Assembly: GCA_965235115.1 (NCBI GenBank)
Contig: OZ249436.1
Span: 34,660,001 to 34,720,000 of the forward strand
Source of the DNA: Laetmonice hystrix
Lineage: Eukaryota
Reading direction: 5' to 3'
DNA length: 60,000 nucleotides
A program made the translations under genes and the position numbers. Shown here one piece after another: positions 23,090 to 36,670 of the stretch (within the stretch, counting starts at the first letter, position 1; each line of letters begins with the position of its first letter). The notes under the pieces are model-generated. The model was given only the letters and a program-made list of their open reading frames with translations. It was not told where the DNA came from and ran no database searches.

Positions 23090-24900
23090 CAATATTTAGT
23101 TAGGTGACACACATTTCGACGAATGGGGAAAAAGCTAGGTCACGAAAGATAGTCGCGATTTGATTTGATTTGCGCTGGCTGCTAAGGTGAAGTTACGCCA
23201 GGTAGGGCCTACCCGCAAAGATAGTTACCGTCAATGAAGTCCTTTCAAATGAACATTCCAAAAGAGTCAGACCATACATTCTGAACTAGCCAATTATGTC
23301 TATCATGCGAGTCTGGCCCACCAGTGTACGGCCCGGAGATCACGCTTATATTACGGCTTAGCTGGACAGTGGTCCGCGTTCCTAGCTGTGACAAAATGAC
23401 CAATGTGTCCGTCCTACCGCCGGTGATATTTTTAGTTTTATAACGTTTTTAATGTACTAGTACGGCAGTCCCAATAAACTACAACACAGGCAATCGTTCT
23501 TGTAATGATATTGATAAAAAAAACAAAAAAAACAAACAAATGCCTGGACAATGCCGTGTTCTTTATCCTAAACTCACTAAGATAAACGGTAGGCTTACAG
23601 ATGTCAAAATAAATGGGCCATAGTATGTAGGCCTATGTTCTTGACAATAGGAACCCTTCTTCGTCCTTCAATTGGAGCGTTTACAAGCAGCACTCATCTC
23701 GGGGACTTATATAACTGATCAAATCTTGGTGCTGACACTAGTTAAGCCCGTAGTTAACCACTCTAGCCTACACAGATTACCCGGGATTTATAAGTCATAT
23801 TATACAAACTGCGATCTTTGTTATCCTCTAGTTTAGTTTCTCAATGACTACATCGAGGGCAGTGTGGTTAGGCCTATAACTTTACGCTCAAGTCATAAAC
23901 AAGGTGTTGGACTGACCATTTGTAAGTCGACGCTGATCAACCACATCCGTGCTGGTGGGTCGGCCTCTAAGCAAGAACACTCCACATTCTTGCTCTCAGT
24001 AGTTCTCTAAATGGTTCCTGAAGTGAGCTAGGTGCCCTACAACAGGTGGCCCTGGAAACCTATACGAGGCCTGAATCACACAGTTGGTGAGCCACTGGAT
24101 GTGCACTTCCTCATTGATGCAGGTTGAGAATGTGAATTTTAAAGAGCTAAGTTCTCCCATGGGAAGGCGGATGATCCTATAATCGCCTCTGAATATGCAA
24201 GGATTTCAAAAGGATGACCCAGTATCACTGGAAAATGCTTGGGGGAAACTGCGGATAGCTCTACTCATGATCATGGATTGGCAAGTCGCTAACATAATCT
24301 ATTTTTCATTTGAGTTTTACGTCGCTCCATTAAATGAGGACGTATATAACATGTGTTAACTTCATACTGGATGACAAATGGAAACATGAGGCCAGTACAT
24401 GGTTTTTAAAATCGAAGTTTTGACTTATGAAAGGGATTCTGAGCGCCAATAGCCATGAATTTGCTCTGGTTGAACATATCCCGTCCATCGAATCACAAGC
24501 CACTAATTTATTTTGTCGTTCTTAACGTTGTAAATCCTAATGCGGTGTTCATATAGGTATACACTATACCTTCAAATTTTGAGATCAAAGGAATATTTTG
24601 GCCTGAAATCAACAACCAAGTGTAATATTATGATCCACGTCAATATTGGATAACCCGTGCCCAACGTTTACTGTAGGCCTACTGTGCTGTAGATCTACAT
24701 GTTGTAGGTTAAAAGACACTCCAAGATGTCTGCAGCGTTCTTTCGATGCAATTGTTTAAATGAACTGGAACCAAACCAAGCAAGTCTTACAGTGACGTGC
24801 TGTTTTCCTGTCGGATATAACCTTCAACGAGGATGACGGATGAGTGAAGTAGAGGGAAATACCATCGTGGCATTCATTAATGCACAACGTGAATTCAACT

Positions 24901-25644
24901 ATGGGTTGTAGTCAAAGTTGCAGTGTCCCTTGCTGTCAATGCTGTGTTTGCTCTTGCTGCAGTTTTTGTCCTTGCGATCACAATGGTTGCTGTTGGTGCA
25001 AGGACGGTCGATGGCACTTTAAGTGTGCACCCTGTTGCAGGACCAGTATCATAGCCACAGAGGCAAACGATGTCAGGGAATCAAACACTATACAAGCGGA
25101 GACCAACGTTACGTACGCCACAAAATATGAGGAAAACGGCGATCAGGTTGTCTCCGGAGAAGAAACCACGGTCGTCGAGATAGTTAATACAGACCATGTA
25201 ATGAAAGGAAATGTCCAGAGGCTCTCTTCATTAACATCTCAATCCGCTGGGACGGATCTTCAGGCTTCGGAGGATTCTCAGTCTCCTTCTATGGTCACTG
25301 AAGATGAGGACTCCATAACATATGTCAGCAGTCGATCGGACGTTAACAAGGAGGGTGTCTGTATCGACGGAAAGTTTCATTCCAGGCCTAGATCGCCAAC
25401 ACCCACACGGAGCACAAAGACACCGGAAGACATACAAGGAGGATCCGTTACCAATGTTGTGCAAGTCGCTGATATGAAAAGTCAACGTGCAAGGATGACC
25501 GAAGATTGCATCCTTAAAACAGGAGCAGTTCCTCGCAGACTGGCAAAGATTGATATCAAGAAGGAGCGTCAAAAGATCATGACGGAACTTTCGAAATTCA
25601 AAAAAAGGGCCCCAAGGAGACCAAAAGTTGTAAGTTTACTTTAA
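24901..25644 (+). CDS. Uncharacterised 247-aa protein with MGCSQS N-myristoylation signal and Cys-rich (palmitoylation-like) N-terminus
   Basis: Within ORF 24880-25644: MGCSQSCSVPCCQCCVCSCCSFCPC..CCWC..CAPCC, then a disordered S/T/E-rich body and a basic C-terminal helix. Confidence 0.65.
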   Translation: MGCSQSCSVPCCQCCVCSCCSFCPCDHNGCCWCKDGRWHFKCAPCCRTSIIATEANDVRESNTIQAETNVTYATKYEENGDQVVSGEETTVVEIVNTDHVMKGNVQRLSSLTSQSAGTDLQASEDSQSPSMVTEDEDSITYVSSRSDVNKEGVCIDGKFHSRPRSPTPTRSTKTPEDIQGGSVTNVVQVADMKSQRARMTEDCILKTGAVPRRLAKIDIKKERQKIMTELSKFKKRAPRRPKVVSLL

Positions 25645-26399
25645 TCATTCATACCTTTCGGTTGCCAACAAACACCTACATGGCCGTAGCCTGGAGGAGC
25701 GGGGGCAGCTGCCCCCGTGATTTCCAGTTTTTACTGGACATTAGTAACACTGTTATTGATACCTAGGTGGTACTTACCCAGGAGGCACTGCCCCCCCCCC
25801 CACACACACACACACACCGCGTATTTGGGTCAGGCTAGGCCTTGAACATGCACGTTTCCGCCTACTCTGTACATTTATACATGTACCGTAATCCTTTGCT
25901 TTGGGGACATAAATATCTTCTGTTAATCTCTTTATGGATGTGTGTCATACAACCCATTTTTCAACGCGATAAGTGGTGCTGAGCAGTCTGTCAGACGTCC
26001 CTGCCACGAGTTGTAAGGTTGATTGCGTAACTTCAGTCATAAATATTATTGACTTTATGACCCCTGGCTAAATTATGAAGATTATGTACTGTGCAGCTTC
26101 AGTAAGGCAATAACCACACAAAACACCAACTAAAAGTACCAAAAAGGCAAACGCCCAGCTTCTTCGTTTACTCTTCACAAATTATTTTGTAAAACTGCAG
26201 AAGACTCTAATCGAGGAGGTTGCAGTAAATAAATATACGGAGAAGATGGGAAGGGAACAGCAGCTCCAAAACTTTTTTTTCTCACAGTCAGAAATATATG
26301 TACATTTTTAGAGCGAAAAGGAGGGGTAGGCCCCCTGTATCCGTCCCCGGCTTTATTCTTCCTTCTTTTCCCTTACTGAAGAAAGTGGAAAACACATCA

Positions 26400-28200
26400 A
26401 TGGCGTTCGTACACGTAGAGCGGCCGCTGACAGAATTTGGTACGAGTGACGGCCGGCAGAGAGGAGAAAGTTCCAGTTCACCGTCGCTTCTGGTTAGCTC
26501 AATTTCCGAGGATGGAGAATTTGATTCCCAGTAAGTGGAAAACAACTGTACAACCTTTAAGGGGTTGTGATCATTTCCGTTTCTCTCAGGGGTACGGATG
26601 GGGCGGCGTTGGGAATACATTAAAAAGAATGGGTTTCGAGAAATCCGTGTAGGCTACCTCATGCAGGCCCCTCAATGTACTGTTTGAAAACTTGGACCAA
26701 CTTTGCATGCCATCATTAACGTTATAAGGCACGTCGCACAGGATTAAAACGTGTCGTACCCAACCCTTCACATAAATTAATTTCAATGGATCAGTTTTGA
26801 TCATTTATACAAACGGCAAACCGCATTACCAATGCGTAGATCTACCTCTAAACCTGGCATTTTCTCACTTCTACTTTTTTTAAATATAATGCAGAGTTTA
26901 CATGAATTACTGTCAAAGGCCTGTTTCTACGAATGCGACTTTTCCAAAAAGAAATACAATTTAAGTTATCCATTTATGAACCATATACCGTTAGTGATCT
27001 TGAATAATTTTGCATGTTGTGATTCAAGATTGCAGAACGTTCGGACTTTCCATGTGGTGTCTACAAACGAGGGATTACCTCAACTTCACAGCAGTTCTTC
27101 AGGCGACTCCATAAACACTGCCGATGAAATGGACCGAGAACCGCAAAATATTATCTCGTCTTTAAGTACCCCTGCAGGTAAAGATGACTTCACAACCCAG
27201 GTGGGCCCTCTGGGGTTTACATCGCCTGTGAGACAGGAAAACAACACTTACACAGTGGATTCCGATATGGAGACGAACGTGGGTGAAAACGGTCCTTTCC
27301 CTTCGCGTCAGACGGATCCTAGCCACACGCCAGACTCCGCTGTATATCCGTATGGAATATCACGGACACCGGGAAGCACCCGCTCATCAAGGTATAAGTT
27401 CTAACAATTTATAATTGTAATGCCTCTTCAGATTAATGACGAGTACATGCGTCATGTCAGTTTTATTTCGTCTTGTCTCTTGTTTGATCCATACCGTTAT
27501 TTAATGCCCTGGCAACCAAATGCGTCTAAAGGTGTGTTCCCAGGTAGGCCTACTGATCAAATCTGAATCTACCTCAGCCCGGCAAATTGGTGGGGAATGC
27601 TTATGAGATATACATTGTACATGAAAGACTAGAAACAGAAATGCGGATTTAGGCTTAATAAAAAGTTTTGCGCAAACGTAAAAGGTAACCTAACGAAAAG
27701 TCCAACCCGATTTTCGTTGCAGATCGTGCTCTACAGCTTTCTCCAGCGGTGTTCTCTCCGCGGCGGGGATGACGTCACCAAACGAGCGCATCACGCGCGG
27801 CCTCGCGATGTCCCGTCATTTCCATGGTCAAAGCACGTCTGTTTCTACGTCAGTGCCCTACCCTCAAACCGCGTCCCTTCTGACGTCACCTATGTCTGGC
27901 AGCGCAAACCGCCCTCTGTCGGGCATTTCTAAAAACCCAACCGCAGGGGTGCGGCTCGGCTACTTATCTAGTCGCTACGAAAGTTCGTGGAGCCTGAGAT
28001 CGAGGGAAACTTTGCAAGACGGACATGAACGCTCCCAAAAACCGACGTCGTTGTGCAGCGTGACAGACTCCGACCACGAGTCTGTGACGGCGTCGTCGTT
28101 AACAACCAGTAGACCTAGCAGTAACTACGGAGTACGCTCACACAGTGAGGCTGTCAGTGGACTAAAGAGGTGGCGTAATATGAAAGTGAACCCTTTTTGA
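26400..28200 (+). CDS. Uncharacterised Ser-rich disordered protein, three coding exons
   Basis: Exons 26400-26530 (ATG, donor GTAAGT), ~27029-27391 (acceptor uncertain, donor GTATAA) and 27723-28200 (TTGCAG acceptor). The phase-2 junctions link ORFs 26298, 26832 and 27769; protein ends GLKRWRNMKVNPF*. Confidence 0.6.
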
Positions 28201-29655
28201 CGTCAGTAGGCTACAACTGTATGTACTTCTTGGGATATTCTTATTTAAAAATCCTTTACACACTCAAAAATGGTCCGTTCGGTCCGGGGTATGTAAGATA
28301 TCACATGCAGACGTGCCGCATTGTTCAGTCCGCCATTCTGAGCAGAGGTCATGGGATCAGGCGGGCGAAGGTCATGACGTCAGTACATAATACGTCTCAA
28401 CAATGTGCAAGTCAGCATGAGCCTACCATGGATCGTTAAAATGAGCGAAGGCATCATGAACGTGACAATCCACAAGAGTCTGCGACACGGTCGTGGAAAT
28501 CCTAACATTGTAGGGAGCAATGACTGGGAGTACTTCTCCTTTGGGGATTTTTTAATCATTAAAATTTAAAAAGAATTGTCACCGGCCATAAAAATATCTC
28601 TTATTTACATAAAATTATTCTGCTGAATAATTGGGCAGGCACGCGGATACTATCCCTTGCCTCTCCTAGCCTGGTCCCCTGTGCGTACCATACGCATTCG
28701 CTTATAGAGCTGGGGACCAGGCTATTACCTCTCCCCGTAGTCCCGCCCATTTCCACTTGGAAACCCATCATACCATCATTTAAACGGTCATACCTGCTTT
28801 GGTTTATTTCAAAATTGAGGACATGACACTGTTCGTGGCAACACCTGGAAGCAAGTCATCCAATATAAAAAAATATTTTTATTAAATTTCTCAAAGGTTA
28901 AACAATTTTGGCAAGCCCGAGTAGGCCTACATGTTTGTACTGGTGCGTTTCGCGACATTCGCATCCTGTTTCAAAGAACTAAACCATGATATGTTATCAA
29001 GTGTTCACGTGCTAAAATAAAATCACAAACTATGTATAGTGTACATACAAATAAAACTGATTTAAAGGATACCTGTACATACTGCAAAGATGTCATTCAG
29101 CGCCTACGTTACCCCACAACTTGCCGACTGTTTTTTTTCTGTTCCTATGTATATTTCAGGATTTGATTCAGCACGATACCATTACCGTATTATTTCAGAA
29201 TCGCTTCTTTTCCAGAAATAATAGGCCTAATTACTTTCATAGAAAGCTGCCGACATTTTGGAATCCAAAGGTAACGTGCTGATTCCGATGCTCCCTAGAC
29301 TCCTAAATCTAATGACCAGCACACTTCTGAACGTGGCGCCATCTAGCGGCGATAAGCTGACTACATGCATCGGTTCCACTAGCAGACGCCAGGTGGCCGC
29401 CCCAGTAAATAACCAATCAACTCTCTCTTCCCGCAACAAATTTGCCGGTCACGATATATCGGTGGTTAATACATTTTTTCCACCTTGTCAACTACAATGT
29501 ATTTGTTGCCCTTTTACCCAGATCCTTGATATACTAAAAGACTGTCGTACGCAATGAAATTAAAAGAATCCTACTACAGAAGATACATGTTACGGTACAT
29601 TCACTGTCAGTGCCATTTTCAATGACGAATTAAACCTGTGTTTAACGCTTTGCAG

Positions 29656-32600
29656 TCAAGCATGTCTCAGCTTGGTCACTTTCTTCCCAGGTTGTGCGTT
29701 CAGTTGTGCATGCCTTGATACAGTCTTCTTGTTGTTGGCATACTTTTTGTCATCATTCCTGCAGCAGAAAGAATGACATTTTAACAAGTGTAGCACAGAC
29801 GAAACATTTTCTATTCAAAATATTTATTTTGGCTAAACACATAATGAAGCGCAACATAAATATGCTGTTGGATACTGTCATATTTGGGGTAATCCTTGCC
29901 TTATTCTGCAATGTTTCATCAAACGGAGAATGCCATCAATATAGCAAAAAAACTTTTGCAATGACAACCAAATGTTGGTTGCCCATTTAATATACTCAGA
30001 GGAAAAAAATGTGTTCTTCCAACAGCATACATCCAGAAGCTAGAGCAGTACTAATTTATTCTAAAGGTAGACATACCTGGACATTTTAATCTTGTCTCTG
30101 CATCCCTTTCCTCCTTCCCAATGTTCAGAAGCTTTTCTTGTTACATTGTTGCCGCATGCTACACAAGGCCGGTCTACTGAATATGGCTGCAACACATCAA
30201 GAAAATGCTTGTATAAAGACTCATTTCTTTGGCACAAGTCGATGCTTGAACTACACAAGTAGACTGTCCACACCCAACACCTTTCGAATATTGGACCACT
30301 GGAGGTCCTTTCAATATATGTATCACCTCACTCACATAACTTGAGTATGAAAAAAACATCAAACCTGCCTGTCAACTTTACTTTAGAGCCTACTTGAATG
30401 AAACCTACTTGACTCTACTGATCATATTATAACCTACCTGTTCCTTTCCACAGAAACCACAGATCATGCGGTTAGCATATTTCATCTCATGATCACCCTC
30501 AGCATTGTCATGACAGATGTCACAAGGGTAGGCCTTGCCACAACATGGGAATCTGCAGCAAACAAGATAATTAGTTATTATGTAATTTTATCCCCCCCCC
30601 CAACAAAAATCACAATATCATGTTGTTCAACACCAACCATAAAAAGCTTGTGTTCTATAGATATTCAGCTAAAGAAAGCAACTGATGCTGACATTTATTT
30701 TTTATGTGGCCTCTGGACCTAATCAAATTAAACAACTTGCTCCAACAATTCCTTGCCTCTACTCTGTCTCAATATTAAAGGGGCATGCTATGAAACACGT
30801 TTTTTTAGATTTCCGGCAATTATCCAACATGACCGTGTACTAGGGATCCAAGTAAATAATCCTACCACAGCATTTTGTCCTCCGGCGTGTTTTCGCTGCG
30901 TATGCAGCACAAGTAGATTCTATACGACCAAACCTATAGATTTCTCCCGATAGCACATCTCCCGCCATAATTTGCTATAGACAACCTCCCATCAACCCGT
31001 GTAATTGCATACTGTGTCACATCCTGCGTGTGCATCTCTCTGCATGTGATTAGTCACGTGCTTCGCTTAGTTGTAAACAATTCAGCAGTTGCACTCGATC
31101 GTCCGGCATCAGAATGCCACCCAAAAAATATTTTACGAAATCGGCAGAAAAGCGGGCAAGGGAGCTTCATAAACTTCGATTTCTCACACAAAATGAAACT
31201 GATAAGTCTGTCTTTGTTTACCAAGCAATATTAATGAAGGATATCTTGATGAAAACAACAAAAGTTCTTTGAAATACCGATTTTTCACGTTTCCTCATAA
31301 TATGCCCCTTTAACAGATGAGTTTGTTCTTACCGGAGCCAACGGTAGCTCTTGGCATAATGTTTGCAGGTTCCCTGGTTGGGCAGTGGCTTGCCCTCCTG
31401 AATGGCTGGATCTCTGACAGTCTTGATCACCTTGGTGGTCTCAACTTGGTGAACACCCTTACCACTCTTCACTGCATGTTAAAATTACAAGTAAATACAC
31501 ACTTTTCACGTTCATGTTGAAAATCAAATAAATGACAACGTGTATTTTATGCTTAGTAGTCCCCTTTTATGCCGGATACATTGATATGATCAACGATCCC
31601 TGTAGTGACACGAAACTTGAAAGACTTTCTGCTGAACAAAGAATATCTATTTCCCTCATTTCAAATTTTGGTTTCCTGATATTAATAAATGTGTTTGTGT
31701 TTATAAAAAAAAATCCGAAAATCTCACCCTGTATCTCTGCTGGTTTTAGGACAGTGAACTGATTGGAGTCTACTCTCACCGACATCTTGGCATGACAACT
31801 TTCACACCAAACCTCCTTCACCTGCCCAGGAGGCAGACCCTGTCGCAATCACAAGAGAGCAATCATTAGTTATTTAATTCAATACAGTCTGTTTGTCCTA
31901 TGTAGGAATCTTGTTGTTCACTACTTACTTAAATGTAGGAAATCAATGGGAATTCTGGTTAGCTAAACAAAAAATCAGTGACAAAGTTTTCAAGGATCTA
32001 AACATTATTTTCTTTTTTTCTTTTCATTCTTAAATGTTAATCTACAACTTTGTACCCTGTTCTTTCAACCCAGTTTATTGGTATTCTATTCCTATCTTCA
32101 TGAACGATTCAAATTCTGAAGAAATTAATATACTGGACGAGAAGAAGAAAAGTTAAACAATGTACATACCCCTATACACTGTTCTCTGTCACAACGCATA
32201 CAACTGGCCTTGAAGTCGCAATCAAAGAGGATGACATCTACGACTGCACATCCATTCAGATCAAGGTATCCTAGCAGTGAGCTGAAGCTATGAAGGAGTG
32301 AATGGCGGAACTTGACGAGCTGTTCAGAGTGACAGTGCCTGCACGTCACAGAATTCACTCTGTCTGGGGGAGTCGTCACATCTTCGTTGGTCTTACATCG
32401 CTGGCACCGGATGACGATCTTGATTTTAAGGGGGTTTAAAGTACCCACTGAATCATAAAGTTGGAGTCCCTTCACTGCTAGCTCTGTGCCTTTCCGAGCG
32501 GAGTCCAAGCCAGTTGGAGCCGATGGTATTTTCTTCTCATCTTTCATCTCGCCCCACGGCTTGATGTCCCCTGCATCAGGTGCTCGTGTCTCTTCCACCT

Positions 32601-35600
32601 GCTCATCTTCATCCTCACTGCTCTCGGTTCCTGCATCCCTTTCCTTGTATTGTGCCTGAAGATGGCGTGCTGGTATGAACTGGATCCCAGCAGCCTTTGC
32701 TACCAACTCTCTCTTGTACTGCAGAATATTTATGCATGATACTATCTCATTACCCTGAACATCACACAAGTGCAGAAACATAATATTATTTTATGGCTGC
32801 CACACTTTCCCTGTCCTGATTGGTCAGTTCTCTGTCACGTGATCACAGATAAAAACTAATATTGCGCGGAAAAAGTAATATTGACCAGTCAATATTACTT
32901 TTTCACTGCCGCCAAGTGTTTTCACCCCGCATGCAAATAGGCTCTTACGCACTCTTAATGTAAGTTTAATACAACAGCCTGGAGGGGTGACAGTGTATGA
33001 TAGCAAAGCAGAAACTATGTGAGGCTGATTTCAGTATCTTGTATAGCCTCTAGTCTAAGCTAGCTCTAGGCCTAGCTAGATGAAGCAGTCATGAACACTA
33101 ATCTAATTTCCCGACTTCAGAAGTTTATGAGGTAGGTGACTGATTGTTACGATTGGTCATGGTTTTGATCATGGCAGGTATAGAATTTACTCGTAGAATT
33201 GCGAGTTACCAACTCACAAGGTAGCGTCATCTCGGGTGGCTTTGGGCAAATTATGTATATTTTATTTAATATTTTTATCATAATCATTGCAATTCATGTA
33301 GCTGTAGGGCTTATTTGATTCATAATATTTTTTTTACCTAAAGTTTGTCCAAACTCGGCAAAGTCACATTTGGTTAAAAAAAATCAACTTTTTTTCAAGT
33401 TTGTCCAAAGCCACCCCAGTTAATGGCACTCAATTTTTCTATTGCTCTACCTGCTTAAGGGCATCAGTAAAGATCTCTTCCAGATTTCTGTCAAGCCAGC
33501 GAAGAAATGCCCGAAGAACCAACTCAATGCGACCTTTCATTTCCAGCCTTGAGAAACGTTCTTCCAGCCAATCCTCAATGGTAAAAGCTATTGATCTGAA
33601 ACAAATTTCAAATGACTAGTGAACCTCATGATCTACCCAACAGAAAGGAAAATTTTAGGTATTATTTTCTGACGAATTTCGAATGAACAACTATTTTCAA
33701 CCAATGGGCCAAGACTGGGTTTCTGTTATCAGGTTAAGCCATTAGGGCACACTTCAAGAAGATTACATTTCACATTAACGTAGCCATATCTGTGCAGACT
33801 GCTGATATCATTGCCGCTGCTGATATCATGAGCATCTGGGGCGAGATTGCAATGGCAATCCTATCAGATTGTGTGTGCTGCTACAAGGCTATAACTATAT
33901 GCCAAATAAACTAGAACACATGTGACTATGCACAATATGAGACTGATATAGATAAACCTACATAGAGACAGTCCGCTTTGGTTTAAATTATCAGAAATCA
34001 TTTCTACTACTATCAACAGCATGTCTAGCCTAGCGAGCTAGTATCAGTGCACAATGGAAGCTTACCTTCTCACTGATTCTGGGATTGAATCGTCCTGCAG
34101 TAGAGACACTTCCATTGCCTGGTGGTCAGAAAGCAATGAATCAACTCCTAATATTCAATGTTAATTTTGCAGGGAGATGTTAAAACTCTACAATTATGAT
34201 CAATGGAAGAAAAAGCCCGCAAATTTGCAGAATATTCTCTGGATCCTTTTTGGGACATAGATACCTCGTTGTATATTGAGCAAGTCATTTCCTATAGTTC
34301 TACAGTGCTACAAAACCTTCTTCTTTTACTAACATCTATGAGTGAATATAATATTAACCTTTTTCGGATATTCTTTGGGGAAGTAGAGCATCAAATCCAC
34401 AGCTTTAACATCATAGGGCTGAAACAATATAACATGGTATGAATTGTGCATACCATAATTTATACATACATGTACTATGCATAACCTACATATGGAGGTA
34501 TCGGACTAAAAAGGAACGAATACTACTTCCTTAAAAAGTACTCCTGGTAAATGTGACTCATTCTACTTTGCTATCAGTGACTGAGTGAAGTTTCCTACTA
34601 AAATGGACAAGCCACCAACAGCTTCCCAGTTCAAAAATCAGTAAACTGATGAGATAGATCTACATGGATCTGTCCTATCATTTAAAGAAAATAATGGGCC
34701 TCATCTACCACTAACAAATACAACCATACATCAAAGCTGTACTTATGCCCTGCTCATTATTCTGCCTGACATACCCGGGTAATACTTCATTCATAATCAA
34801 ATTTATGCCGAGGTGTACTCTTTACTAATAATAGGAATCTTACCCAGTCTGGATCCGTTGGAACAAATCTGATTTTATAACTCTCTTCATCTGGCTTAGG
34901 GTGTGGAACGCTTTCCGTTTTGGTGTATCTTTTTTGAAGATATGCTATTTCCCCTTGACGCAGGTCCTCGATTTCCTCATCAATTAGAGACTTGAGAGAA
35001 AATTCTGACTGAGGCCGCTTTGCCACAAATCTCTTTTTGGGTGCAGGCTTGGTTTCCACAGCACCCTCTTCCTGTTTTACCTGTTCAACCAGGTCTTGAA
35101 TGCCGTCATCTGGCTCTGGATGACGATAGGGACATTTCTCTCTCAGCATGCACCCTCCTCTAATGAAATGGTGACACACTGGCTTCTGAACTCTTTGTCT
35201 CCAAATTTTAGCTCGATGTACCGGTTTGGTTTCCACAGCACCCTCGTCCCCTTTCACCTGTTCAGCTACTTGCAGGTCTTGAATCTCATGATCTGGCTCT
35301 GGATGACGGAAGCGACATTTCTCCCTCAGCATGCATCCCTCCATAATAAAATGACGACATACTGGCCTCTCACTGGCATCTTTATCTTGATGTGGTCTTC
35401 TAGAAGTCTCACGGCGACTCTTCCCAATGTCATCCTTCTTCACGTGAGCATATTTGCATTGCTTTCCAAACTTGCAACCTGAGGAACTGTTGAAAAATTT
35501 GCAAGGCCCAAAGTTTCTCCGACGTTGTGGCCATGATTGGCCAGGATGTATGAAGGAGCATGACGGTCCTGCTCCGCACTGCCCAGCCACAAAGAAGCGG

Positions 35601-35866
35601 CAAATCTTGGGGCTCAGACCCTTTAGATCTCCTGTAGTGATGGAACCTTCATTGTTTCCTCGTAATGACCTTATATTTTCCTGAGCGCGGGTTAGTTCCG
35701 ACGGTTGATGAGTGAAGTTTGTCTTAGATATCGGGTCTTCAATCACATGGGCGTAGTAGCACCGATCTTGAAATGGACAGCGTTGCCGTCTGTCAAAGAT
35801 CACACACCGATTTCTTCCATGTTCTTGAGTGGGCACGTTGTGTTTATCAGTACTTTCAGCTGACAT
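29656..35866 (-). CDS. CCCH zinc finger x5 + RWD-like + CxxC ribbons + C-terminal CHY zinc finger protein (~802 aa)
   Basis: Phase-consistent exons (-): 35866-34844, 34418-34359, 34118-34066, 33595-33451, 32718-32170, 31839-31728, 31471-31333, 30552-30438, 30186-30077, 29758-29656 (TGA); 2409 nt. PTDPDWPYDV..L.LYFPKEYP (RWD/UBC-like YP motif), FLRWLDRNLE, GTCKHYAKSYRWLRFPCCGKAYPCDICHD..HEM..ANRMICGFC..EQ..CVAC (CHY), HWEGGKGCRDK..MSRND.KKY. Confidence 0.9.
30779..31309. mobile_element. Non-autonomous DNA transposon with TTAA target duplication (Kolobok-like MITE), intronic
   Basis: TTAA|AGGGGCATGCTATGA ... TCATAATATGCCCCT|TTAA; a second copy lies at 5709-6041. Confidence 0.85.
34844..35866 (-). 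CDS. First coding exon with five C3H1 (CCCH) zinc fingers
   Basis: CVIFDRRQRCPFQDRCYYAH, CRFFVAGQCGAGPSCSFIH, CKFFNSSSGCKFGKQCKYAH, CRHFIMEGCMLREKCRFRH, CHHFIRGGCMLREKCPYRH (C-x7/8-C-x5-C-x3-H). Confidence 0.9.
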
Positions 35867-36308
35867 AATATGGGGAGGTTCCCTTTTGGTTGTGGTTGTC
35901 GCTGACAGGATGGACAGAGCTGTGAAAATTGACAATTTGTTTTGTGACCCTTAGGCTTACACTAAAATGTGACAGTTATTGTGTTTCTATGTTGTGAAAA
36001 TCATACAGCATTACTGCATGATGCATTAATTTGACACATATTTTTAGCACGTCATGTTGTACAACTCTGAAATTCACCTAATATCTCCACTCCAGCAAAA
36101 CAAGTTATGCAATGTAAGTCTAACTTTTGCTAACATTTTCCTTTCGAAGGACGCTATATACACACTGGTTGTGTACATTGCTTCAACATTTTCCTGGGAT
36201 TAATGTCTTTCTTTTAAAATTTAATTATGCATCTTAGGTACTACTGAAATTTCTACTACTAATGTTAACAGCACTTTGAACTTGGTTGTGCGACTCTTGC
36301 TATGGTAT

Positions 36309-36670
36309 GAATACCAGTTACTGTGAGCGGCAGCAACTGTGAGCGGCAGTCAGTGTGAGCGGCAGTTGTTGTGAGCGGCGGTCAAGGCTCGAGGCGCCCG
36401 GCAAGGGACACGCTCCTCGCCGCTTCGCTAGTACAGAGGCGCCCGGCAAGGGTATTTGAGTGGAGGGAGGGGCAGTGTTAATTTTATATTGTTACTTTGA
36501 CTACACTGTTACATATAGAGGCCTATGTCTGCATTCCACAATTATATCTACCACTGATTACTTACTAAAAGCTCTAGATCATATGTACTGATTTCCATGA
36601 AACCATCAAAATCAAGCCGCTCACAGTAACTGCCGCTCACAGTGGCTGACGCTCACAGTGACTGGATACC
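36309..36670. mobile_element. Foldback-type MITE with tandemly repetitive TIRs and 8-9 bp TSD
   Basis: Left arm (CTGTGAGCGGCAGY..) x4, right arm (GCCGCTCACAG..) x3 inverted; flanked by direct (C)TATGGTAT at 36300-36308 and 36670-36678. Confidence 0.8.
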
